DNA from: an uncultured Ruminococcus sp.
GTDB taxonomy: Bacteria; Bacillota; Clostridia; Oscillospirales; Ruminococcaceae
Assembly (NCBI GenBank): GCA_937898375.1
Contig: CALEJX010000125.1
Location: forward strand, 1 to 32,957
Direction of reading: 5' to 3'
DNA: 32,957 bases
Shown: positions 1 to 7,279 of the stretch, one piece after another
How the letters are laid out: each line of letters starts with the position of its first letter
Numbering within the stretch: the stretch's first letter is position 1
Notes under the pieces: generated by a model
The model's input: the letters and a program-made list of their open reading frames with translations, nothing else
The model's database searches: none
What the model was told of the DNA's origin: nothing
Made by a program: the position numbers and the translations under genes

Positions 1-243
1 GCAGACAGATCATTCACATTCATCACCAAGACTCCTCCGGCAGCAGTTCTCATCAAGAAGGCTTGCAAGATCGAGTCAGGTTCCGGTGTTCCTAACAAGA
101 CTAAGGTCGCAACTATCACAAAAGAGCAGCTTCAGAAGATAGCTGAGCAGAAGATGCCTGACCTGAACGCAGCAAACATCGAGAGTGCTATGAGCATGAT
201 CGCTGGTACTTGCCGTTCAATGGGCGTTGTAGTTGAGGACTAA
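1..243 (+). CDS. rplK: 50S ribosomal protein L11 (3' part, truncated by the window)
   Basis: Frame 1 reads [20 protein letters not shown]...[30 protein letters not shown], the L11 C-terminus, and lies directly upstream of rplA. Not in the ORF track. Confidence 0.97.
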   Translation, partial: ADRSFTFITKTPPAAVLIKKACKIESGSGVPNKTKVATITKEQLQKIAEQKMPDLNAANIESAMSMIAGTCRSMGVVVED

Positions 244-274
244 TCAATCGTACTGTGCATTCATGCACGGCAAT

Positions 275-327
275 GGTGGGAGGAATTTTCCGCTAACCGA
301 CTAGATATTCACTGTCGGTATTACCAC
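275..327 (+). promoter_or_regulatory. L1-binding autoregulatory RNA element upstream of rplA, with an inserted hairpin
   Basis: GGTGGGAGG-aatt-TTCCGCTA...TTACCAC matches the Firmicute L1 site, which lies between rplK and rplA. An extra stem ACCGAC(296-301)/GTCGGT(314-319) is inserted. Confidence 0.75.
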
Positions 328-347
328 TTAATGAGGAGGAAATATTA

Positions 348-1043
348 ATGAAACATGGCAAGAAGTATGTTGACAGCTTCAAGGCTATCGACAAGGCTAA
401 GCAATATGACGCTCCTGAGGCTCTGGAACTTGCAGCTAAGGGTGCTAAGGCGAAGTTTGATGAAACTATCGAGCTTCACATTCGTCTGGGTGTTGACTCA
501 AGACACGCTGATCAGCAGGTAAGAGGTGCTGTTGTACTTCCAAACGGAACTGGTAAGTCTGTAAAGGTTTGCGTATTCTGTAAGGAAGACAAGTACGAGG
601 CTGCTAAGGCAGCTGGCGCTGACTATGTTGGCGGCATGGATCTCGTTGAGAAGATCACAAAGGAAAACTGGATGGATTTCGACGTTGTAGTTGCTTCACC
701 TGACATGATGGGTGTTGTAGGACGTCTTGGTAAGATCCTCGGACCTAGAGGACTTATGCCAAACCCAAAGGCAGGAACTGTTACTCCTGACGTAGCTAAG
801 GCTGTTACAGACGCTAAGGCTGGTAAGATCGAGTATCGTCTTGACAAGACAAATATCATTCACTGCCCTATCGGTAAGGCTTCATTCGGTGTTGAGAAGC
901 TCGAGCAGAACTTCAACACACTTATCGACGCTGTTGTAAAGGCTAAGCCAGCTGCTGCTAAGGGTCAGTACCTTAAGAGCGTAGTTGTAGCTTCTACAAT
1001 GGGCCCTGGTATCAAGATCAGCACTGCTAAGTACGGCAACTAA
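348..1043 (+). CDS. rplA: 50S ribosomal protein L1
   Basis: [16 protein letters not shown] and [11 protein letters not shown] motifs; SD GAGGAGG. Confidence 0.99.
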   Translation: MKHGKKYVDSFKAIDKAKQYDAPEALELAAKGAKAKFDETIELHIRLGVDSRHADQQVRGAVVLPNGTGKSVKVCVFCKEDKYEAAKAAGADYVGGMDLVEKITKENWMDFDVVVASPDMMGVVGRLGKILGPRGLMPNPKAGTVTPDVAKAVTDAKAGKIEYRLDKTNIIHCPIGKASFGVEKLEQNFNTLIDAVVKAKPAAAKGQYLKSVVVASTMGPGIKISTAKYGN

Positions 1044-1071
1044 TTTTGGTATTAGATAAATATTGATTTTC

Positions 1072-1106
1072 AAAGGAACTTGTGCTTTGGCATGAGTTCC
1101 TTTTTT
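1072..1106 (+). terminator. Intrinsic terminator after rplA
   Basis: AAGGAACTTGTGC/GCATGAGTTCCTT stem followed by a T-tract. Confidence 0.85.
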
Positions 1107-1199
1107 ATGTATTCCTATAATTTGAACTACCCATGTTCAAATATTTGCATTATCAAGAAAATTTAACAAAAAAATTTTTAAAGTAATCGTTTTACCCTG

Positions 1200-1227
1200 T
1201 TGCATTATTTTTTCTATGTGTTATAAT
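1200..1227 (+). promoter_or_regulatory. Sigma-A promoter of the GH36 gene
   Basis: TTGCAT-16 nt-TATAAT with an extended TG. Confidence 0.7.
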
Positions 1228-1254
1228 ATCAATTGAGCCGCAAGGTTCAGATTT

Positions 1255-3483
1255 TTGCAAGGAGTGATAATTATCAATATCTTTTACAACGAAAAAGACA
1301 AGGCTTTCAAGCTGAGAGCCAATAATACAGACTATATGATGAAGGTCTGCGAGGAGGGCTACCTCGCCCACGTTTACTATGGAAATAAAGTTCCTGACGA
1401 GGATCTGACCTACCTCCTCCGTCTTGACGAAAGCCCTTTTACACCTGCCACTAATGACCGTGACAGAGCAAGCTTTATGGATACACTGCCTTTCGAGTAT
1501 CCATGCTTCGGTCTTGGCGACTACAGAGAGTCTGCATTCAAGATAATGGACGCTAATGGTATGTCGACTTGCGACCTGAGATATGTTTCTCATAAAATGT
1601 ATGAGGGCAAGCCAAAGCTTGAGGGCCTGCCTGCTACTTTCGCTACAGAGGAGAGCGGCTGTTCAACTTTGGAGATAACAATGTATGATAAATATGCTGA
1701 CATAGAAGTCGTTCTTATTTACACGGCTTTTGATAAGCTTGACGTTATCACACGTTCTGCTGTTATCACAAACAAGGGCGAAAAGCCTTTTAAGATAACA
1801 AGAGCGCTTTCAGCTTGCGTTGATTTTGATACAGACAAAATGGATATGATAACACTCAACGGCTCATGGGCTAGAGAAAGAGCTGTTGAAAGATGCAGGC
1901 TTCACCACGCTAAACAGCTTGTTGACTCCTGCAAGGGCGAGTCATCTCATCAGAACAACCCGTTCGTTGCTCTTTGTGACAATAATGCTGACGAGGACAA
2001 GGGCGAGGTTTTCGGCTTCAACTTTGTTTACTCAGGAAACTTCTATGCTCAGGCAGAAGTTACACAGCATAAGAAAACTCGTTTTCTTATGGGTATAAAT
2101 CCTCTGGACTTTGAGTGGCTGCTTGAAAAGGGCGAAAGCTTCACTTGCCCTGAGGTCGTAATGGTACACTCAGACGAGGGTATAGGCAAAATGTCAAGAA
2201 CTTTCCATGACCTCTATAGAAACAATCTTATCAGAGGCGAGTATAAGGACAAAAGACGTCCGATACTCATTAATAACTGGGAGGCTACTTACTTTAACTT
2301 CGATACTGACAAGCTTATCGATATCGCAAAGGAAGCTTCAAAGCTTGGTATAGAAATGCTCGTTATGGACGACGGCTGGTTCGGTCACAGAGATGCGGAC
2401 AATTCTTCACTGGGCGATTGGTTCGTTTATGAGAAGAAACTTAAGGGCGGTCTTAAATATCTCGTTGACGAGGTAAACAAGCTTGGCATGAAGTTCGGCA
2501 TTTGGTTCGAGCCTGAGATGATATCCCCTGACTCTGAGCTTTATAAGGCTCACCCTGATTGGGCAATTCAGGTCAAGGGCAGACCTTTGACACTTTGCAG
2601 AGAGCAGTATGTTCTTGACTATTCAAGAAAAGAAGTCAGAGATCATGTTTACGGCATGATGAGAAAAATTCTCGACAGCGCAAATATCGAGTACATCAAG
2701 TGGGATATGAACAGACAGCTTACAGAAGTTGGCTCAACTACCCTCCCTGCAGAAAGACAGAGAGAGCTTTGGCACAGATATGTTCTTGGCGTTTATGACC
2801 TTATGGACAGGCTTACAACAGATTATCCTCATATCCTGCTGGAGAACTGCTCAGGCGGCGGAGCAAGATTTGACCCTGGTATGCTCTACTACAGCCCACA
2901 GATCTGGTGCTCTGACGATACAGACGCTATCGAAAGACTTAAGATACAGCATGGCACTTCAATGTGCTATCCATGCTCAGCAATGGGTGCGCACGTTTCC
3001 GATTGCCCTAACCACACAGTTGGCAGAAACACTCCTTTCAAGACAAGAGGTCACGTTGCTATGGTGGGTACATTCGGATATGAGCTTGACGTTACAAGAA
3101 TACCTCAGGAGGACAGAGACGCTATCCCTGCACAAATAGAGGAGTTCAACAAGTTCAACAAGCTTGTAAGAACAGGCGACCACTACAGAATAGGCAATAT
3201 GTTCGAGGACAACACTTGGGACGCTTGGGAGTTCGTTGCAAAGGACAAGAGCGAAGCACTCTTTGAGTTCGTTCAGGTGCTTGGCAGACCAAACGAGAGA
3301 TCAAGACGTATCAAGCTCAAAGGTCTTGAAGCTGACGCTTACTATTATGAGGAGAACGAGCCTGACAAGAAGATATCAGGTGCGGCACTTATGAATGCTG
3401 GTATCAACATCGCAAAGATATGGAACGGCGACGGACTTTACGGCGACTTCTGCTCAAAGATACTCCATTTCATAAAGGCGTAA
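1255..3483 (+). CDS. Alpha-galactosidase, glycoside hydrolase family 36 (true start possibly ATC at 1273)
   Basis: NNWEATYF, VMDDGWFG, FGIWFEPEM, YIKWDMNR, CSGGGARFD and WCSDDTD motifs. No signal peptide. Confidence 0.95.
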   Translation: MQGVIIINIFYNEKDKAFKLRANNTDYMMKVCEEGYLAHVYYGNKVPDEDLTYLLRLDESPFTPATNDRDRASFMDTLPFEYPCFGLGDYRESAFKIMDANGMSTCDLRYVSHKMYEGKPKLEGLPATFATEESGCSTLEITMYDKYADIEVVLIYTAFDKLDVITRSAVITNKGEKPFKITRALSACVDFDTDKMDMITLNGSWARERAVERCRLHHAKQLVDSCKGESSHQNNPFVALCDNNADEDKGEVFGFNFVYSGNFYAQAEVTQHKKTRFLMGINPLDFEWLLEKGESFTCPEVVMVHSDEGIGKMSRTFHDLYRNNLIRGEYKDKRRPILINNWEATYFNFDTDKLIDIAKEASKLGIEMLVMDDGWFGHRDADNSSLGDWFVYEKKLKGGLKYLVDEVNKLGMKFGIWFEPEMISPDSELYKAHPDWAIQVKGRPLTLCREQYVLDYSRKEVRDHVYGMMRKILDSANIEYIKWDMNRQLTEVGSTTLPAERQRELWHRYVLGVYDLMDRLTTDYPHILLENCSGGGARFDPGMLYYSPQIWCSDDTDAIERLKIQHGTSMCYPCSAMGAHVSDCPNHTVGRNTPFKTRGHVAMVGTFGYELDVTRIPQEDRDAIPAQIEEFNKFNKLVRTGDHYRIGNMFEDNTWDAWEFVAKDKSEALFEFVQVLGRPNERSRRIKLKGLEADAYYYEENEPDKKISGAALMNAGINIAKIWNGDGLYGDFCSKILHFIKA

Positions 3484-3527
3484 AATTATCGAGCTGTGGT
3501 AAGGTGAGATAAATATTAGACAAACTA

Positions 3528-3556
3528 TTGACAATTTGAAAGTAATGTAGTACAAT
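3528..3556 (+). promoter_or_regulatory. Sigma-A promoter of the GH74 gene
   Basis: TTGACA-17 nt-TACAAT. Confidence 0.75.
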
Positions 3557-3586
3557 AGTCTTAAATAGTATTAAAATAAGTTCAAA

Positions 3587-3617
3587 TTTTAAAGGCGGAT
3601 ATATTCCGCCTTTAAAA
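3587..3617. other. Perfect 13-bp inverted repeat (GH36 terminator or GH74 5'-UTR stem-loop)
   Basis: TTTTAAAGGCGGA-tatat-TCCGCCTTTAAAA. Confidence 0.7.
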
Positions 3618-3660
3618 AACACAGGTATGTAAACGAATACAGCTTATAAGGAGAAATTTT

Positions 3661-5949
3661 ATGAAGCTAAAAAAGTTAATGGCAGTGGCTTGTGCCGCAG
3701 CCCTTACAGTGACAGCTTTCGCAGGCTGCTCAAAGAAGAACGATTCCTCAAGCGGCTCTGACAGCAAGGGCGGCACTACAAAGGAATACTACAACGCTCA
3801 GCCTGTTGACACTGGTTGGGAGTGGGGAAACGTCGAGATAGTTGACGGCGGTTTTATCCCTGACGTGATCTATAACCCTACAGAGGAGGGGCTTATATAC
3901 GCTAGGACCGATATGGGCGGCGCTTATAAGTATAATAAGGATACTCAGCGCTGGGAGTGCATAACAGATTGCTTTGGCGGTGACGATTGGAACTACAACG
4001 GCACAGAGAGCCTTGCAACTGACCCTGTTGAGCCAAACAGAGTTTATCTTGCGGCGGGTACATACTCCACAAGCAACGGCGCAATATTTGCTTCTGACGA
4101 TTACGGCAAGAACTGGACTATCTGCGAAATGCCTTTCGGTATGGGCGGTAACGAGGTCGGAAGAGGCTGCGGCGAAAGACTTCAGGTAGATCCTAACGAT
4201 AACTCTATACTCTACTTTGGCTCCAGAGCTGACGGACTTTGGAAGTCCACAGACTATGGCGCAACATGGAACGAGGTAACTTCATTCCCTACAAAGGGCG
4301 GATATACTGAGGACGGATATTCTATCGGTCTGACATTCGTGGCATTCGATAAGTCAAGCTCTGAAAAGGGTCAGGCAACAAAGACTATCATTGTGGGCTC
4401 AGCAGGAACACAGGGGGATTACCTCTATCGTTCTGACGACGCAGGGGAAACTTGGACAGCTATCCCTAATCCAAAGGCTGAGGCTACAGGCGACAAGACA
4501 GAGAAGCTCAAGCCTTGTCAGGGCGAGATATCTTCTGACGGATATCTCTATTCAACATGGTCTTACAAGGTAGGACCTAATGGCGCTTCTGACGGAGCAG
4601 TTCAGAAGTATAACCTTAAAACAGGCGAGTGGACAGAGATAACTCCTGAGAGATCCTATACTTGCGGTTACAATGGTATCTCAGTAAACCCTAACGACCC
4701 TAACATGATAGTATGCACAACTCTTGACCTTTGGGCATACTTCGACAATCTTTTCGTTTCCTATGACGGAGGCGAAACTTGGAACGGCATTTGGAGCTGT
4801 GACGAAAACGGCAAAGAGGTAAACAACTTTAACCTTGATATAAGCAATGCTCCTTGGCTGGATTGGCAGGGACAGCTCAAACCGGGCTGGTGGATGACCG
4901 GCGTTGCTATCAACCCATTCAACCCTGATGAAGTTCTTTACACAACCGGCGCAACTATCTTCGGCACATCAAATCTCTCAAAGATAAAAGACGAGCCTGT
5001 TGACATAAGCGTAAAGGCAATGGGCGTTGAAATGACAGCTATCTTCGATTTTGTTTCACCTCTTGATAACGGCGAGGGTACTCCTGAGCTTTATTCCACA
5101 ATGGGCGACCTTTACGGCTTCCGTCATGACGATGTAACAAAAGCTCCGCAGGAGCATTACGGCGACTTCAAGGCAACTTCTATCGATTGTGCAGCACAGG
5201 ACTATAAGATAGTAGTAAGAGCAACTGATGACGGCGACGGCTCTGTTTACTATTCAACAGACGCAGCTGAAACATGGCAGGCAGTGGAAACTCTCCCAGA
5301 GGGCGTTGAAAAGAAAGCGGGCGGCACGGCTAAGCTTTCCGCTGACGGCAAGACTATTTTCTATCAGAGCGGCACAACAGGCGTTGCTGCAGCAGTAACA
5401 AGCGATTTCGGCAAAACATGGACAACCTGCGAGGGACTTCCTGCCGGTGCGATAATAGAAACTGATAAGGTAAACCCTGACAAGTTCTACGGCTCATATG
5501 ACGGAACATTCTATATGAGTACAGACGGCGGAAAGACTTTCAGCCCTATAGCAAATATGCTTGTTTCAGCTACATCTATCAAGGCTTGTCCTGATACTGA
5601 GGGCGACCTTTGGATAGCAGTTGGCGCAGGCGGCGTTTATTATCTGGATACTGCAACAGGCACACTTGCTCCTACATCTCAGGACGTTACACAGTGTGAC
5701 GCTATCGGTCTTGGCAAGGCTGAAAAAGACGGCGACTATATGGCGCTCTACATGATGGGCGAAGCAAACGGCGATGGCTATGGAATTTATATGTCAGCCG
5801 ACAAGGGCGTAACATGGAAGAGAATAAATGATGACACAGAGAAGTGGGGCAACGTGAGAAAGATAATCAGCGGCGACCCTAAGACCTACGGCAGAGTTTA
5901 TGTAGGCACTGACGGACGTGGTATCATAATGGGCAACGTTAAGCAGTAA
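3661..5949 (+). CDS. GH74 xyloglucanase-like lipoprotein
   Basis: Lipobox FAG-C after a signal peptide. GGFIP, YARTDMGGAY, GGNEVGRGCGERL and STMGDLYGF motifs (both catalytic Asp positions), multiple S-x-D-x-G-x-T-W Asp-box repeats, and C-terminal GRVYVGTDGRGI. Confidence 0.9.
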   Translation: MKLKKLMAVACAAALTVTAFAGCSKKNDSSSGSDSKGGTTKEYYNAQPVDTGWEWGNVEIVDGGFIPDVIYNPTEEGLIYARTDMGGAYKYNKDTQRWECITDCFGGDDWNYNGTESLATDPVEPNRVYLAAGTYSTSNGAIFASDDYGKNWTICEMPFGMGGNEVGRGCGERLQVDPNDNSILYFGSRADGLWKSTDYGATWNEVTSFPTKGGYTEDGYSIGLTFVAFDKSSSEKGQATKTIIVGSAGTQGDYLYRSDDAGETWTAIPNPKAEATGDKTEKLKPCQGEISSDGYLYSTWSYKVGPNGASDGAVQKYNLKTGEWTEITPERSYTCGYNGISVNPNDPNMIVCTTLDLWAYFDNLFVSYDGGETWNGIWSCDENGKEVNNFNLDISNAPWLDWQGQLKPGWWMTGVAINPFNPDEVLYTTGATIFGTSNLSKIKDEPVDISVKAMGVEMTAIFDFVSPLDNGEGTPELYSTMGDLYGFRHDDVTKAPQEHYGDFKATSIDCAAQDYKIVVRATDDGDGSVYYSTDAAETWQAVETLPEGVEKKAGGTAKLSADGKTIFYQSGTTGVAAAVTSDFGKTWTTCEGLPAGAIIETDKVNPDKFYGSYDGTFYMSTDGGKTFSPIANMLVSATSIKACPDTEGDLWIAVGAGGVYYLDTATGTLAPTSQDVTQCDAIGLGKAEKDGDYMALYMMGEANGDGYGIYMSADKGVTWKRINDDTEKWGNVRKIISGDPKTYGRVYVGTDGRGIIMGNVKQ

Positions 5950-5962
5950 AATGCTTTTATAA

Positions 5963-5999
5963 AAAAGAGCGGTACGAAAATGTGCCGCTCTTTTGTTTT
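5963..5999 (+). terminator. Intrinsic terminator after GH74
   Basis: AAAAGAGCGGTAC-gaaaat-GTGCCGCTCTTTT followed by GTTTT. Confidence 0.85.
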
Positions 6000-6033
6000 G
6001 GATAATTATATGGGGTGGAAATGTCTAAATATC

Positions 6034-6059
6034 GGGACGTCGAGGGCGCTGTCCCATAT
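6034..6059 (-). repeat. Degenerate GTAG-family REP-like palindrome
   Basis: GGGACGTCGAGGGCGCTGTCCCATAT matches 6871-6896 at 21 of 26 positions. Confidence 0.55.
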
Positions 6060-6076
6060 ACTAAAAGAATGGGCGC

Positions 6077-6106
6077 AAAAAAACGCCGAACATTTCTGCT
6101 CGGCGG
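6077..6106 (-). terminator. Terminator of the 116-aa ORF
   Basis: Minus strand reads CGCCGAGCA-gaaa-TGTTCGGCG-TTTTTTT. Confidence 0.8.
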
Positions 6107-6118
6107 TAGAGGTTACTA

Positions 6119-6469
6119 TTAAAGCGGTGTATCGTCGCCTATTATAGTTGATTCGATAACAGGGTCGGTATAAGACGGAAATTCAGGTGCAGCAGATGAA
6201 GGACCGCTAGGCTCATTTCCGCCGCTGAACCAATCAGCAACATAGCAAATTGCAAGAGGAACTTCCTCCTCGTCAATAGAGATCTGATCGTCAAGGTCAA
6301 CAAAGAATGACCTTGCGAGAGGAACTTCATCTTCTTGTATCTCCATTGTGACGCCAGTGTCTTCATATGTTTCAAGCTTAGGGGTAGTATTGCCGCCTGA
6401 GAAAGCAACTATACCGCCGCAAATAACTATTGCCATTGCACCAACGGCTGCTAATATTTTTTTCATCAT
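6119..6469 (-). CDS. Small acidic exported or membrane-anchored protein with repeated I-x-[DE]3-VPLA motifs, function unknown
   Basis: N-terminal basic plus hydrophobic segment, SD AGAAAGGA, its own promoter and terminator. Repeats EIQEDEVPLA, SIDEEEVPLA and IIGDDTPL. Confidence 0.75.
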   Translation of the reverse strand: MMKKILAAVGAMAIVICGGIVAFSGGNTTPKLETYEDTGVTMEIQEDEVPLARSFFVDLDDQISIDEEEVPLAICYVADWFSGGNEPSGPSSAAPEFPSYTDPVIESTIIGDDTPL

Positions 6470-6536
6470 AAACCCTCATTCCTTTCTGAATGTTAAAAGT
6501 ACGAAAGACAGCGTACCTAGGCGTTTTTCTGTATTC

Positions 6537-6565
6537 ATGATAGCACACTGTATGTGCAATGTCAA
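6537..6565 (-). promoter_or_regulatory. Sigma-A promoter of the 116-aa ORF, with a palindrome in the spacer
   Basis: Minus strand TTGACA-17 nt-(TGc)TATCAT. The spacer contains GCACA-N5-TGTGC. Confidence 0.7.
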
Positions 6566-6708
6566 TAGATAATGGCGATAAAACAAAGAAATTTAGTACA
6601 ATGTTAATAAAATTATCTTTGGCTTGTATAAGTGGATAAAATATGGGAGCAGGATTTTTGTGCATTATTATAACAAATCTTAAAAACAGCTTAAAGAGTG
6701 ACAAATGC

Positions 6709-6737
6709 TTGCATTTTGTGCAGATATTTGTTATTAT
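6709..6737 (+). promoter_or_regulatory. Sigma-A-like promoter with no downstream gene
   Basis: TTGCAT-17 nt-(TGt)TATTAT. Confidence 0.5.
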
Positions 6738-6743
6738 GTTATT

Positions 6744-6940
6744 GTAAGAACAAATAAGAAGATACAGACAACAGAAAGGGACGCTGAAACGTAAAAAAAG
6801 GTCAAGGCGTATTATAATAATGACAACGTGGCGTAATATGCAAATTTTGTGTAACGTGACACAGCAAAATGGTACGTCGAGGACGCCGTCCCCTACAACA
6901 TACCTCTTGTAGGGGCGACCTTTGGTCGCCCGTTTTTTTT
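6744..6940 (+). ncRNA. Candidate ~200-nt sRNA (or small-peptide transcript)
   Basis: Bounded by the 6709-6737 promoter and a GGGCGACC-ttt-GGTCGCCC hairpin followed by T8. No well-supported ORF. Confidence 0.35.
6871..6932. repeat. Inverted pair of GTAG-family REP palindromes (REPIN-like)
   Basis: Minus-strand GTAGGGGACGGCGTCCTCGACGTACC (6871-6896) and plus-strand GTAGGGGCGACCTTTGGTCGCCCG (6909-6932). CCCCTACAA pairs with TTGTAGGGG. Confidence 0.75.
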
Positions 6941-7128
6941 GGTGATAGCAAAATTATTGCGATAAATAGTAGCGTTTTACTCTGCTAAAGCCCCGAAAAT
7001 ACAGGTTTTGCGGCGAATATGAATAAAATGTAGCGGTAAATGATACTCATAGTGAAATTTATGCAATGTGTATAGAAATATACTGAAAAATCAGCAAAAG
7101 TTCTATACTGTAATTTGTCTGTAACCGC

Positions 7129-7157
7129 TTGCAAATGGGGTAAAAGTAGTGTATAAT
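7129..7157 (+). promoter_or_regulatory. Sigma-A promoter of the S10 operon
   Basis: TTGCAA-17 nt-TATAAT. Confidence 0.75.
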
Positions 7158-7205
7158 AATACTTGCGTGACTGCACAGTGTATTTAATGTACACGATGAT
7201 GATAT

Positions 7206-7279
7206 GCGATGAAGCGGAAGGTTGCTGACAGTTGGTCAGGTAATTTCCGTGGAGTATGTCCGATTTTAAACCGGGCGAC
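7206..7279 (+). promoter_or_regulatory. S10 (rpsJ) ribosomal leader, Clostridia-type core
   Basis: GCGATGAAGCGGAAGGTTGCTGAC...GTCAGGTAATTTCCGTGGAGTATGTCCG...CCGGGCGAC resembles the conserved Firmicute rpsJ leader. Confidence 0.7.

Noticed and set aside
6470..6536. Small hairpin GTACG/CGTAC in the 5' UTR of the VPLA gene as a riboswitch
   Set aside because: It is too short, and I recognise no c-di-GMP, preQ1 or other aptamer consensus.
6142..6704. Alternative ORFs of 88, 74 and 108 aa around the 116-aa gene
   Set aside because: They lack SDs and run through promoter DNA. Only 6119-6469 has a promoter, SD, signal segment and terminator.
6985..7194. 69-aa minus-strand ORF
   Set aside because: It overlaps the S10 promoter in AT-rich intergenic DNA and has no SD or protein-like features.
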